Position numbers and translations under genes: made by a program. Shown here one piece after another: positions 1 through 10,630 of a stretch of 64,000 nucleotides of DNA (position 1 is its first letter; the number at the start of each line of letters is the position of its first letter). Location of the stretch: NCBI GenBank assembly GCA_040755995.1, contig JBFMAF010000010.1:192001-256000 (forward strand), read 5' to 3'. The stretch is from Acidobacteriota bacterium. GTDB taxonomy: Bacteria; Acidobacteriota; CAIWXX01. The notes beneath the pieces are model-generated. The model did no database searches, was not told where the DNA came from, and was given only the letters and a program-made list of their open reading frames with translations.

Positions 1-2702
1 GTCCGGACCGAATGCAGAATGGATTCGTATCGGGCCGCCTGGCCGCGCTCCTGGAACAGCAATGCCAGCTCGAGGAAGTCGTACGGATGCTCGCGCGGGT
101 CTTGCCCGGCGAGCGAGGATTCCATGGTTCGTAGAGCCTCTGCTTCCTCACCCTTCAACTGGTGCACCAGGACTTCCAGGTCGCGGGCGAGACGAGCCGG
201 CAGGGTATCTCCGATGAGGATTTCGCTAAGCTGGGCTCTGGTAGCGAGCGCGTCCTCGGACCTTCCGGCTGTCGCCAGCACCAGTCCCCTGGCCGAGATG
301 CCGTCGAGAACGAACCGCACGTTCACGCCGCGGAACTCCCTCTCCATCGTCTCGCACGCGCGCAGTGCTCTCTCGGTGTCGCCCAGCTTCATGGAGGTGA
401 TTGCGAGCGCGTACAGAGCGATACGGCGGGTCTTGCCGATTCGCGGGTAAGACAGCAGGAAGGCCTCCAGCTCTTTCTGTCGACTCGCATCATCCGGTGG
501 GCACTCCCCGGCCAGCGTCAGCGCGGCCCGCTCCGCCACGGGCGATTCCGGAAAAAGCTCGACTATGAGGCGGAGCACCTGCCGGAGGGCAGAGGTGTGG
601 TGGAGATGGCCGAAGCTCTCGGCCAGGGTGTACAACTCCCTGGCGACTCTGTACCTCTCATCTGCGTCCGTTGCCGAACGCGCGATCTCCTGCAGCCTTT
701 GGAACGCGTCGTCGAGTTCCCCCTTCAGCCTGAGGGCGGTCGCCGTATTGAGCCGCGCCATGCTCTTGTAGTACTGGTCTGCGGACGAGTCGGCGACCTC
801 GCGGAATCGCGCCAGTGCGTCGTCGTACCGGCCCAGGCTCATGGAGCACAGGCCGGCTTTGAACAGCGCTTCGCCACCCATCGCCGTGCCGGCGTGGTCT
901 CGCACGATCCGGTGGTATTCCTCGGCTGCGGCCTCGTATTCGCCGCGTTCGTAGAAGCGGTCGCCCGGAGCCGTGGCCGCGAGCAGCGCCGGAACCCTCT
1001 CCTGCAGCACTCGCAGGTTATCGACTCGAAGGATGCCGTCGTAGGTCGCGAGGCGCACGCGCGAGATCTCGGCGGGGCTAAGCGGGAATGGATCGACGAA
1101 GCTCGCCAGCTTCTCGCCGTCGGCGGACATTTCGACGAGGTTGCTCAGACGAGTGACGACGATCCGGTAGACGCGGCCGATTTCGACGGGAGGCGACCTG
1201 ACCAGGCGCACCTCGAGATTCGCTCGATCCAGAGCCGTCATCTGGTTGTCCCCGCCGAATCCGAAGTAATATCCTGTGAAGTCCCTGTCGCCGTCGATGA
1301 AGACGGCGATCTCGTTCTTGCCGCTCCCCTTGAGGACCGTCGCGTCGAACTCTATCTCGACATTTCCTCTGAACGGCTCTGCCAGGCTGATGCTGACATG
1401 CCCTGTGCCCGCGCCGACGAGACCGCCGTCGAGGAGCTTCCACTCCCCGGCATCCACGCGATAGCCGGGCCCGATGTGGGCCCGCTCGAAATCATCTGAC
1501 AGCACCAAGTTCCAGGCAGGATGGGATCGGCGAAGCTCGCGCACGACGAATCCCACGACCAGTACGAGAGCGATCAGGCCCGCGATGACGGCAACCTCCT
1601 TGTGGCGGCGAATCCGTTTTCCGACGCGATACGTAATCGAGGACGGCCGGGCAAGGATGGGTTCGCCGCGCAGATATCGCGCGAGGTCCTGGCGGAGAGC
1701 CTCGGCCGTTTCGTATCTCCGTTGTTTCTCCTTCGCCATCGCCTTCAGGCAGATGATCTCGAGATCCCTGGGCGCCGCCGGGTTGTGCCTGCGCGGGGGC
1801 TGCGGGTCGCGCTGGAGAACCTGGAGGATAACCGATGTCTCGGTGTCTTCGGAAAAAGGGGGCTGCCCGGCCAGGATCTCGTAGAGAGTGGCGCCGAGGC
1901 TGTACACGTCGGTTCTCTCGTCGACCTGATGACTCGTGCCTGCCGCCTGCTCGGGAGACATGTAATGAGGCGTACCGAGCACCTGGCCGGTTCTGGTCAA
2001 CGAGCTCGCCTGCTCGACCTGTGTAGCCAGCCCGAAGTCTGTGACGTGAGGCTCGCCGTTCGTATCGACGAGGATGTTGGCCGGCTTCAGGTCCCGATGG
2101 ATGACTCCGTGCGCGTGCGCGTGGGCCACCGCTGCGGCGACCTTCTCGACGATTGCGACTGCGCCGGCTAGATCCAAGCTTCTACTCCGCAGGGCCTGGT
2201 CCAGCGTCTGGCCTTCGATGTAGGCCATCGTGAAGTACGGCCGGCCCTCGTGCTCGCCCGAGTCCATGATGGGTACGATGTTGGGATGCCTGAGCTGCGC
2301 GGCTGATTCGGCCTCTCGCATGAAACGCCGCACTGCCTCGGTTCCCGCGAACTGCCCGGCCGTCATCACCTTCAACGCAACGTGCCTTCGCAGCGTCTCC
2401 TGGTACGCCTTGTAGACGACCCCCATGCCACCCCGGCCGAGCTCCTCCAGGATTCGGTATGGACCGATCCTGCCCGGCGCACCCGGCGCCGGGACTCTAG
2501 ACGGCGGTTCACTCCCGGCGGAGGTCACCGGCGGAGTGTGCGGACCGGCCGCGATTTCCTCAGGACTTAGTGTCGAAACGGCGCGACCTGGAGTCGACGG
2601 CGGGCGGCAACGTGCACAGAATGAATCGACGCTGTCATCCGGCAGGTTCACGCCGCATTCGAGACAGACTCCTGGCCTGGTGGTCTGTTGTCCGCTCCTC
2701 AT
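1..2702 (-). CDS. Hanks-type Ser/Thr protein kinase with N-terminal Zn ribbon, TM helix, beta-sandwich domain and TPR repeats (3' end runs off window)
   Basis: Manually translated; absent from the ORF track because it has no stop in the window. ATG at 2702 after AGGGG. CLEC..CARC, LGRGGMGVVYKA, VALK, HRDLKPANIL, DFG, GTPHYMSPEQ, hydrophobic IAGLIALVLVVGFVV, TPR-like ALFKAGLCSMSLGRYDDALARF. Confidence 0.9.
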   Translation of the reverse strand, partial: MRSGQQTTRPGVCLECGVNLPDDSVDSFCARCRPPSTPGRAVSTLSPEEIAAGPHTPPVTSAGSEPPSRVPAPGAPGRIGPYRILEELGRGGMGVVYKAYQETLRRHVALKVMTAGQFAGTEAVRRFMREAESAAQLRHPNIVPIMDSGEHEGRPYFTMAYIEGQTLDQALRSRSLDLAGAVAIVEKVAAAVAHAHAHGVIHRDLKPANILVDTNGEPHVTDFGLATQVEQASSLTRTGQVLGTPHYMSPEQAAGTSHQVDERTDVYSLGATLYEILAGQPPFSEDTETSVILQVLQRDPQPPRRHNPAAPRDLEIICLKAMAKEKQRRYETAEALRQDLARYLRGEPILARPSSITYRVGKRIRRHKEVAVIAGLIALVLVVGFVVRELRRSHPAWNLVLSDDFERAHIGPGYRVDAGEWKLLDGGLVGAGTGHVSISLAEPFRGNVEIEFDATVLKGSGKNEIAVFIDGDRDFTGYYFGFGGDNQMTALDRANLEVRLVRSPPVEIGRVYRIVVTRLSNLVEMSADGEKLASFVDPFPLSPAEISRVRLATYDGILRVDNLRVLQERVPALLAATAPGDRFYERGEYEAAAEEYHRIVRDHAGTAMGGEALFKAGLCSMSLGRYDDALARFREVADSSADQYYKSMARLNTATALRLKGELDDAFQRLQEIARSATDADERYRVARELYTLAESFGHLHHTSALRQVLRLIVELFPESPVAERAALTLAGECPPDDASRQKELEAFLLSYPRIGKTRRIALYALAITSMKLGDTERALRACETMEREFRGVNVRFVLDGISARGLVLATAGRSEDALATRAQLSEILIGDTLPARLARDLEVLVHQLKGEEAEALRTMESSLAGQDPREHPYDFLELALLFQERGQAARYESILHSVR

Positions 2703-3040
2703 CGTCCCCTTATCCGGCAGGCCCTCAGGCTTCACGCCTCTTCTCGGTTCAGGCCCGGGGGCCGTGTCTACACTAGTAAGTATAGAGGCGATGGCTTCAC
2801 ACCGCCACTCTGTGCCCTGAGATCGCTTCGAGTGAGCATCCGAAGCAGATCATGACGAGGCGAGCGTCGCATCGTCGCGGAACCAGGTATCCCGCACGGT
2901 CGCTGATGTGCACACATCATTATCGTCACCCGGGTCGGGCTGTTGCCGATGGCGCCGGTCACCGGGAAATCCGTGTCGATTTTTCGGTGGAAGCTGTGAT
3001 CTAACGGCATTATCTTATGAATGAGCGAAAGGAGAATGGG

Positions 3041-4111
3041 ATGCATACAAGCCCGAGCACACAGGAGATGGAGAAGGCGTTCCGCGAGCGGGACGGTTCC
3101 TATGACGGGGTCTTTCTCATTGGGGTCAAGACGACTGGCGTCTTCTGCCGGCCTTCGTGCCGATCGCGAATGCCGCTCGCGCAGAACATCGAATTCTTCC
3201 AGACGACGCGCGAGGCTCTGTTTGCGGGCTACCGGCCCTGCCTGCGGTGCAGACCCATGGAGGCAGGCGGATCTCTGCCCGATTGGGCAACATCGTTGTT
3301 GGAGAAGATAGAGAGAAACCCGTCCCTCCGGCTGAGAGACGCCGACCTGGAGGCGCTCGGAGTCGAGCCCGCGCGAGTGCGGCGGCTGTTTGCGAAACGA
3401 TTCGGGATGACATTCCAGGCGTACTGCCGCGCCCGCCGGCTGGGTAAGGCATTCGATGAGATCAAGAACGGAAGGGGCTTGGACGATGCCGTTCTGGATC
3501 ATGGGTATGAGTCGCACAGCGGTTTCAGAGAGGCCTTCCTCAAGCAGTTCGGCAAGCCACCCGGCAAAGTACGAGATGGGGACTATCTACGGGCCGCATG
3601 GATAGAGACACCGCTCGGCCCGATGATTGCAGGCGCTACCGACGGTGGGATATGCCTCCTCGAGTTCGTCGATCGTCGAGCTCTCGAGGCCCAGCTCGAG
3701 ACGCTTGCGAGCCGCTTCCGCCTTCCGCTCGTGCCGGGAGAGACCGAGAGCATGAAGACGCTTCGCGACGAGATCGCAGGTTACTTCGAGGGACGCCTCA
3801 AACGATTCTCCGTTTCGCTCCAGTTCCCAGGCACCGACTTCCAGGTGAAAGTGTGGCAGGCGCTCACGCGGATTCCGTACGGCGAGACCAGGAGCTATGA
3901 AGACATCGCGCGGGAGCTCGGAGTACGCGGCGCATCCAGGGCGGTCGGGCACGCCAACGGCCAGAACCGCATCGCCATCGTTATCCCGTGCCATCGGGTC
4001 GTGAACAAGAACGGCGAGCTCGGAGGCTACGGCGGCGGGCTGTGGCGAAAGAAGTTGCTGCTCGAGCTCGAGCGGGGCAGCCCGATTGGGAATCTGCGCC
4101 AAGCGCAGTAG
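3041..4111 (+). CDS. ada: Bifunctional transcriptional activator / O6-methylguanine-DNA methyltransferase Ada
   Basis: N-terminal CRPSC..PCLRC Zn site, AraC-type HTH (HGYESHSGFREAF), C-terminal PCHRV active site. Start 3041 follows AAAGGAG; 3017 is also possible. Confidence 0.93.
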   Translation: MHTSPSTQEMEKAFRERDGSYDGVFLIGVKTTGVFCRPSCRSRMPLAQNIEFFQTTREALFAGYRPCLRCRPMEAGGSLPDWATSLLEKIERNPSLRLRDADLEALGVEPARVRRLFAKRFGMTFQAYCRARRLGKAFDEIKNGRGLDDAVLDHGYESHSGFREAFLKQFGKPPGKVRDGDYLRAAWIETPLGPMIAGATDGGICLLEFVDRRALEAQLETLASRFRLPLVPGETESMKTLRDEIAGYFEGRLKRFSVSLQFPGTDFQVKVWQALTRIPYGETRSYEDIARELGVRGASRAVGHANGQNRIAIVIPCHRVVNKNGELGGYGGGLWRKKLLLELERGSPIGNLRQAQ

Positions 4112-4131
4112 CGGTGCACGAGGCCCTATCG

Positions 4132-5385
4132 CTACTCTACCGTCAACTTGTACAGCGCGATCCAGAGCTCGTAGTGGGGCGTGGGGGTCGAGCTGTAGAT
4201 GGCGTAGGCGACTGCGAGAGTGGAACTGGCTGGGTTCCAGGCGACGCCGGGTTGCTCGAGGTTGACCGAGTAGTCATCTGCGGCGGCCGGGACAGGGTCG
4301 CCGGCAGGTACACCTCGCTCGTCCAACAGCTGGATGTAGCAGTTGACGTAGCCGTTGAGATAGCAGGCGGCGAATTTTTCGGAGCCGCCGAGCGGAATGA
4401 TATTGAGGAACCCGGGTGTCTGCGCGCTGCTCGGGTATTTCCTGGGAGCGCCCTTGGGCTTGCCGGTCGAAAGGAGCGCCTGCGTGAATCCGACGGACTT
4501 GTTCTGGTTGACCCAGTGCCCGTAGACCGCAAGTCCGGATTCACCAAGGAACCCGCCGTAGGTTCTCATACTGTTGTCAAATGGCGAGTATTTCTTCTCG
4601 TAAGCAATACCGGCCCCGGGTGTTCCCAGGTCGCTCGGGACGGGAACTCCCACGGCGCGTGACTGCTCGGACTTGAGGTCGCGGCCCAGCGCGAGATAAC
4701 CGCCGGGCGCAGCCGTCACGCTGTCCACCACGAAATTGACCGGCGATTGAGTCAAAGGCACCGGCTCGGTCGCGAAGCGGCCGGATTCATCGAGCTGAGC
4801 GATATCGCTGGTGTCAGCGGAGTAGTATGCCAGGACGGCCCCAGTTGCGTCCCCTGCGACCAGGGCCGGGCCGTATCCACTGTAACGAGCGACCGCCAGT
4901 CCACCGATCACTCTGAGATTCGAGTCCAGCGCGCGGACAACCAGAAGGCTGTCGGATTCCCGAGTGCCCACTACGAGCACTCGCCCGCCTGCGGTCTGAC
5001 CTGCGACGAATCGCAGATATGGATAGAGTTTCGCGGTGATCAGGTTCTTGCGCACGGGCGTGGCAGGTTTACCATCCGGTTTCATCACGCGCCCGTAAGG
5101 GATGAGCGACTGGTAGTTCGAGCTGGACGCGTACCCCCAGACCGCGGCGAAGTTCCCACTCTGCAGAGGCACCAGGTGCGGGGCGATGTTGATCCCCTTC
5201 GGATCGCTTACTCTCGCACGAGCCACCAGTGTCTGCGCGTGAATCGGCTGAGACAACACGGCCATGCATAGACACATCGCCAGGCCGCTCAGGGCGTATC
5301 GTGCGACATCACGTCGTCTTGGCTCCAGTCGAACGTCCACGTGAGCTCTCCTTTCTTCGCGGCAAGGGAATCGCCGCCTCTCCAC
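4132..5385 (-). CDS. Secreted hypothetical protein with internal repeats (possible beta-propeller)
   Basis: Signal-like LAMCLCMAVLSQPIHA-Q. Recurring motif VMKPDGKP / ALDSNLRV / QLDESGRF / LLSTGKP / LLDERGVP. True start uncertain and probably downstream of 5385. Confidence 0.65.
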   Translation of the reverse strand: MERRRFPCREERRAHVDVRLEPRRRDVARYALSGLAMCLCMAVLSQPIHAQTLVARARVSDPKGINIAPHLVPLQSGNFAAVWGYASSSNYQSLIPYGRVMKPDGKPATPVRKNLITAKLYPYLRFVAGQTAGGRVLVVGTRESDSLLVVRALDSNLRVIGGLAVARYSGYGPALVAGDATGAVLAYYSADTSDIAQLDESGRFATEPVPLTQSPVNFVVDSVTAAPGGYLALGRDLKSEQSRAVGVPVPSDLGTPGAGIAYEKKYSPFDNSMRTYGGFLGESGLAVYGHWVNQNKSVGFTQALLSTGKPKGAPRKYPSSAQTPGFLNIIPLGGSEKFAACYLNGYVNCYIQLLDERGVPAGDPVPAAADDYSVNLEQPGVAWNPASSTLAVAYAIYSSTPTPHYELWIALYKLTVE

Positions 5386-5408
5386 GTCATCCCGTCTACG
5401 CGTCTCCC

Positions 5409-6371
5409 CTACTTGCCCTTCGTCTCGCCCGGTTTGAAGATGTAGCTGTCCTTCTTGAGCTGCTCGATGTACTTGTCGATCTCGCCTTCCCGCTTTTCAT
5501 CCCTGAGTCTCAGCTCAATCGACTCCCTCACGTCGTCGAATTGCCGCAATGAGGCCTCCTGTCGTCCTTCGAGCTTGACGATTCGGCTGCCCTTCTCAGT
5601 CGTGAGCACCGGCGCGATCTGTCCGGGCGAAAGACCTTTCACGGCATCACTCAGGTCAGGGGCCAGATCCTTCTCTGCGATCCATCCGAGGTCTCCTCCC
5701 TGCGCTTTGCTCGGCGACTCCGAAACGGCTTGCGCAACTACGGAGAAATCTTCCCCGCCTGTGGTGACGCGTGCAAGCGTCTCGCCGGCTATGCTAGACG
5801 CCGCCTGCTGTCCCCTTCCCTCGGCCATCACGAAGATCTCCTTCAAGTTCACCTTCGCCTCGACCTGGAATTCATCGGGGTGGCTGGTGTAGTAGTCCAC
5901 CAACTCGGCCTCGGTCACCCGGATCTTGCTCTCCACCTCGCTCCCGATCAGCTTGTGCTTCAGGAGCTGCTCGCGCGCCCGCACCTTCCAACTCTCCAGG
6001 GTGAATCCCTCGGACGCGAGTGCCCGCTCGAGCTCCTCGTCAGTCTTGAGATTGTTCTCCTTCTTCAGGTTCTCGAGAATCTCGTTGATCTCGCTCTCGA
6101 CGTTGAACTCCTTGTCGCGGGCTTCCTGGAGAAGAAGCCGGTCTTCGATCATGGAGTCAAGCAGCTTGGTCTTGGCCTCGTTGAATTTCGTGTCGAGCTC
6201 GTCGCCCGAGTACCGCGTGGCCAGCGCTTTTCGGAGGCCCGCCTCGGCCTCCTGATACTCCGATCGCGTGATGGCATCGTTGTTCACGACTGCCACGATC
6301 TCCTCGACGATTCGCCCTTGGGCGTTGCACAGACAGGGCAGCAACATCAATACCACGATACATTCCTTCAT
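5409..6371 (-). CDS. SurA-like peptidyl-prolyl cis-trans isomerase (parvulin)
   Basis: Signal peptide MKECIVV..CNA, IVAVVNNDAITRSE SurA N-domain, SESPSKAQGGDLGW PpiC motif. ATGA overlap with the upstream gene. Confidence 0.88.
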   Translation of the reverse strand: MKECIVVLMLLPCLCNAQGRIVEEIVAVVNNDAITRSEYQEAEAGLRKALATRYSGDELDTKFNEAKTKLLDSMIEDRLLLQEARDKEFNVESEINEILENLKKENNLKTDEELERALASEGFTLESWKVRAREQLLKHKLIGSEVESKIRVTEAELVDYYTSHPDEFQVEAKVNLKEIFVMAEGRGQQAASSIAGETLARVTTGGEDFSVVAQAVSESPSKAQGGDLGWIAEKDLAPDLSDAVKGLSPGQIAPVLTTEKGSRIVKLEGRQEASLRQFDDVRESIELRLRDEKREGEIDKYIEQLKKDSYIFKPGETKGK

Positions 6372-7261
6372 TGGGTCTTCTCCTCCTGATAGTCGAACCC
6401 CAAGTTCTTCTGGATTATCCTGAGATGGAGCTCGCTCCGCCTCTCCTTCAACCACTCCTGCACACGCGCCTTGATCTTCGTCTCGAGGAGATCCCTCGTG
6501 ATATCGCCCCTGGCGGCTTCGAGGGACAAGGTGCTCTGAGGGAGCCTGGCTTCGAGCATGAAAACATGGAACCCGAATTTCGTCTGAACGACCGGGCTGA
6601 TCTCGCCCGGCTTGAGTCCGATGATCGCATCCTCGATCTCGGGCGGGAGCTGTCCCGGACGCCGCGTGCCCATGTCGCCGCCGAGCGACGCGCTCAGCCC
6701 CTTGCTCTGTTGCCTGGCTCGTTCCGCAAAGGCCTCCGTCCCCTTCCCGACCAGCTCGCGCCGCACCTTCTCCGCCTCCGCCTGATCATGCACCAGAATC
6801 TCGCGCGCATGGAACCCTTCAGGCAGACTGTACTGCTCCAAGTGGCTACGGTAATAGTCGGCCACCTCCTGGTCGCCGACACTCACCCCGCGGGCCAGGT
6901 ACAGGTTGATGAACTTGTCGATGAGCAGATCCTGCTTGAGCTTCTCGAGCCACGGCTGGCCGGGCGCGTACTGCTGATCCTTCTGCTGGAGACGTGCCAG
7001 CACGGCCTCGAGGTCCCCTGGTCTCAGCTCGATCCTCTTCTCCTGGATTGATACCGCGTAGATTTTCTCATCAATGTACTTGTCCAGCAGGCGACTGAGC
7101 ACTTCGGAGGAGCTCTTGAGAGGTTCCTCCGATCCCAACCGCACCTTCAGGTATTGCTCGAACTCCGGCATGTAGTAGCGTTGGGCCCCGAGAACGAATA
7201 TGGCCCTCTCCGTCCTGCAGCAGGCCGCAACCACGAGAAGCGCGATCCAGAAACGTCTCAT
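6368..7261 (-). CDS. PpiC-type peptidyl-prolyl isomerase, probable lipoprotein
   Basis: HAREILV, GGDMG, ISPVVQTKFGFHVF motifs; lipobox-like VVAAC. Confidence 0.88.
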   Translation of the reverse strand: MRRFWIALLVVAACCRTERAIFVLGAQRYYMPEFEQYLKVRLGSEEPLKSSSEVLSRLLDKYIDEKIYAVSIQEKRIELRPGDLEAVLARLQQKDQQYAPGQPWLEKLKQDLLIDKFINLYLARGVSVGDQEVADYYRSHLEQYSLPEGFHAREILVHDQAEAEKVRRELVGKGTEAFAERARQQSKGLSASLGGDMGTRRPGQLPPEIEDAIIGLKPGEISPVVQTKFGFHVFMLEARLPQSTLSLEAARGDITRDLLETKIKARVQEWLKERRSELHLRIIQKNLGFDYQEEKTQ

Positions 7262-7547
7262 CTCACCTAACAGTATTACCCTACCGGGGGCAGAGAGGCA
7301 ATTCGCCCGCGATCATGAGGCATCGTTCTCGCACTTGTCGGACATCTGATTGTCTCTCTGGAGCACGGCGAGGGCTACGCCAACGGCAACATTCCAGGTT
7401 GTCGGCTCAGTGAAACCGCGCAGGCCAGGTCAAACCCCGGAAATCGTGGATGCACCCCCGCCCGATGACGGGCTACTACGCGCGCTGCTACTATGTTAGG
7501 ATATCGTCGTACGACGGCCGGACTCATTCCGGTGATGGTGATGAGAG

Positions 7548-9128
7548 ATGAGGAAGCTGGTTGTAGTGTGCATCGCCCTGGCGCTGGCCGGATGCCATAG
7601 GGGCACGAAGCAGGACCAAACAACGGAGGCTCCACCCATCCCGCGCTCCTTCACGATGCTATTCGAGGAGCCCGGCGCGATCGATCCGGCATTCGTCGAG
7701 GACGCGTACGCGGGCAACATCGTCTCTCAGGTCTTCGACGGGCTGGTCGCAGTCGACGAGAATCTGAACATCGTGCCGGAGATCGCGCAGTCATGGCAGG
7801 TGTCTCCGGACAGGCACACGTTGACATTCGAGATCCGGGCCGACGCCCGTTTCCACAACGGCCGCACCATCACGGCCGACGATTTCGTTTACAGTTTTAC
7901 CAGGCTCGTCGAGCCAGGGGCGGACAAGCAGAGCATCGGCGCCGAGTATCTCCGTGACGTCGTTGGGGTCGATGAATTCATGGCGGGTCGCGCAAGCTCG
8001 GTACGCGGCCTGCAAGCCGAGGATGCGTTGCACCTCCGAATCGAGCTCAAGGTGCCGAACTCGACGCTTCTCGCGGCGATGGCGATGCCGAACTTCAAGG
8101 TGGTCCCGCGCGAGGCGGTCGGGCCGGACTTCGCGTCGAAGCCGGTCGGCTCGGGGCCGTTCGAGTTCGAGTCGTGGGAGAGGGGCAGGCAGATCACCCT
8201 CAAGGCGAACAAAGGATACTACCGAGGGACGCCGAAGCTGGACAGAATTGCGTTTCTGCTGATGCGGCCGACGAGCACGCGTGAGGAATTGGGGATGTTC
8301 CTGGACGGCCGCCTGCAGTTCCTGCAGGCCGTGGGCGAAGACGCGTCCTTTCTCGCGAACCGGCACTACAATGTGATCCGGCAGACGGAGCTCTCGGTGC
8401 ACTTCCTCGGCTTCAACTGCACGACACCGCCGTTCGACGACGCCCGCGTGCGAAGGGCGGTGGCCCACTCGATTCGCTACGACCGGCTCTCGGTCATCGA
8501 ACCTCTCACTTACGCGCCTGCCGGCGGCGTCATCCCGCCGGGCTTGGCGGGATACTCGCCCAAGGAGCGCCCCTATCGCTATGACCCGGTGACGGCTGTC
8601 CGCCTGCTGGCGGAAGCCGGCTATTCGACGGGCCAGCTCGACAGGGACATCGACTACCCGTCCAGCACCGGTGTCACGGGCGTCGGCCGGCAGACGGACA
8701 TTCTGATCGAAGAGGATCTTGCCAAGATCGGTCTGCGGCTGAGGGAGAGGTACGTACCGTGGTTCGAGTTCAACCGGATGGTGAACGAGGGCAAGCTGCC
8801 CGTGTTCCGTTTGTCCTGGGCCGCCGACGTGCCGGACACATCCTCGGTCTTGTACTCGTTGTTCTTCTCTCGGGCGATCAACAACATGTTCCGATATCGA
8901 AGTTCCGATATCGATCGGCTGCTCCAGCGTGCGATGGGCGAATTCGATGAACCCGGACGGTCCGAGGCTTATGCAAAGGCCGAGGCGGCGATACTTCATG
9001 ACGCTCCACTCATCCCGCTGGACTTCGGCTGCTTCAACTATGCATTCCAGCCGTACGTGCGCGGCGTGCGCCTCAACGCATACGGGATTGCGGACATGGC
9101 GCTGGAGCGGATCTGGTACGAGCGCTGA
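7548..9128 (+). CDS. ABC transporter substrate-binding lipoprotein, peptide/nickel family 5
   Basis: Lipobox LAGC; FDGLV, PEIAQSW, RFHNGRTITADDFVYS, PVGSGPF, PFDDARVRRA. Confidence 0.9.
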   Translation: MRKLVVVCIALALAGCHRGTKQDQTTEAPPIPRSFTMLFEEPGAIDPAFVEDAYAGNIVSQVFDGLVAVDENLNIVPEIAQSWQVSPDRHTLTFEIRADARFHNGRTITADDFVYSFTRLVEPGADKQSIGAEYLRDVVGVDEFMAGRASSVRGLQAEDALHLRIELKVPNSTLLAAMAMPNFKVVPREAVGPDFASKPVGSGPFEFESWERGRQITLKANKGYYRGTPKLDRIAFLLMRPTSTREELGMFLDGRLQFLQAVGEDASFLANRHYNVIRQTELSVHFLGFNCTTPPFDDARVRRAVAHSIRYDRLSVIEPLTYAPAGGVIPPGLAGYSPKERPYRYDPVTAVRLLAEAGYSTGQLDRDIDYPSSTGVTGVGRQTDILIEEDLAKIGLRLRERYVPWFEFNRMVNEGKLPVFRLSWAADVPDTSSVLYSLFFSRAINNMFRYRSSDIDRLLQRAMGEFDEPGRSEAYAKAEAAILHDAPLIPLDFGCFNYAFQPYVRGVRLNAYGIADMALERIWYER

Positions 9129-9298
9129 ACCGACGCAGCCCGACCTCCGGCGCGCAGACTGGCCGTCTTCCTCGCTGCCGCCTCCTGCCGCTGGCTGATT
9201 TGATATAATCCACCGGCGATGAGGAAGCCTCGGTCGTTTCTTGCGGTGCGACACCCCACCGCGCTTCGGGCCCCCAGCTAAACCGGAGACAAGGACCT

Positions 9299-10564
9299 AT
9301 GCAGAATGCTGTTGCTATCATACTCGGCGGCGGGAAGGGAACGCGGCTCCATCCCCTTACGAAGGACCGATCAAAGCCCGCGGTGCCGATAGGTGGCAAG
9401 TACCGGCTGATCGACATTCCAATAAGCAACTGCCTCAATTCGAACATCAACCGGATCTACGTCGTGACGCAGTACCTGTCCTCCAGCCTGCACAGGCACA
9501 TCAACCAGACGTTCAAGTTCGACTACTTTGGCGCCGGTTTCGTGGAGATACTGGCCGCCGAGCAGACCGCCGAGACGATGGACTGGTACCGGGGTACAGC
9601 CGACGCCGTGCGCCGCAACCTGAAGCACATCTTCGGAAGCCGCAGCGACTACGTACTGATTCTGGGCGGCGACCAGCTGTACCGCATGGATTTCCAGGAA
9701 GTGATCCGCTATCACGCCGAGAAGAAGGCGGACATCACAGTCGCCGTGCTGCCGGTGGAGGAGTCGCGGACCTCGGGGCTGGGCATCCTCAAGCCCGACG
9801 CCGACCTCCGTATCGTCGACTTCCTGGAGAAGCCTGATGCGTCGATGTTGGATGGATTCGAGACCGTTCACCCGGCGTTCGAGAAGGCGTCCGGCCGCAG
9901 GTACCTCGCCAGCATGGGCATCTACCTTTTCAGCCACGATGTGCTTGTCGAGCTGCTGACGAGCATGGTGGAGGATGATTTCGGGACGCACATCATCCCT
10001 GCGTCGCTCGCGAAGTACAAGGTGTTTGGCTTTCCGTTCAACGACTACTGGGAGGACATCGGGACGATCCGCACGTTCTTCAAGGCCAACCTGGACCTGG
10101 CGATTCCGGACCCGCCGTTCAGTTTCTATCGGGTTACCGCCCCGATTTACAGCCACCCAAGGTTCTTGCCCTGTTCCAAGTTCATAGACTGCGACATGCG
10201 CGAGACGCTGCTGGCTGAGGGCTGCCTGGTTCGCAGGGCCCGCATACTTCACTCGGTAATCGGCATCCGGTCGATCATTGGAGAGGGGTCCACGATCGAG
10301 CACACTCTGATGATGGGGGCCGACTACTACGAGAGCCCGGCCGATCGCGAGGCGAATCACAGGCGAGGTATCCCGGACGTAGGCATAGGGCAAGACTGCA
10401 ACATCAGCAACGCGATCATCGACAAGAACGCGCGCATCGGCAAGAACGTGGTTATCTCGAACCCAAGGAAGCTCGATTCATTCGACGGAAGGAACTACTA
10501 CATCCGCGATTCGGTCGTTATCATTCCGAAGAACGCAATAATAGACGACGGCACCGAGATCTGA
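9299..10564 (+). CDS. glgC: Glucose-1-phosphate adenylyltransferase
   Basis: ILGGGKGTRLHPLT, RSKPAVPIGGKYRLIDIPISNC, WYRGTADAVR, FLEKP, YWEDIGT. Confidence 0.97.
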   Translation: MQNAVAIILGGGKGTRLHPLTKDRSKPAVPIGGKYRLIDIPISNCLNSNINRIYVVTQYLSSSLHRHINQTFKFDYFGAGFVEILAAEQTAETMDWYRGTADAVRRNLKHIFGSRSDYVLILGGDQLYRMDFQEVIRYHAEKKADITVAVLPVEESRTSGLGILKPDADLRIVDFLEKPDASMLDGFETVHPAFEKASGRRYLASMGIYLFSHDVLVELLTSMVEDDFGTHIIPASLAKYKVFGFPFNDYWEDIGTIRTFFKANLDLAIPDPPFSFYRVTAPIYSHPRFLPCSKFIDCDMRETLLAEGCLVRRARILHSVIGIRSIIGEGSTIEHTLMMGADYYESPADREANHRRGIPDVGIGQDCNISNAIIDKNARIGKNVVISNPRKLDSFDGRNYYIRDSVVIIPKNAIIDDGTEI

Positions 10565-10606
10565 GACGATCCTGCACGGACTCCGGACCCAACTGCGTTG
10601 TGGAGT

Positions 10607-10630
10607 GGACGCGGGGACGCGGGGACGCGG
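10607..10630. repeat. Tandem octamer repeat (GGACGCGG)x3
   Basis: Three exact copies in the intergenic region after glgC; related GCGGTGAC/ACGGAGAC units at about 55311-55334. Confidence 0.75.

Noticed and set aside
162..2171. Long plus-strand ORFs (445 aa, 216 aa and others)
   Set aside because: Antisense shadows of the minus-strand kinase. The same applies to most long overlapping ORFs in this GC-rich window, e.g. 18953-21166, 45340-46872 and 54004-55515.
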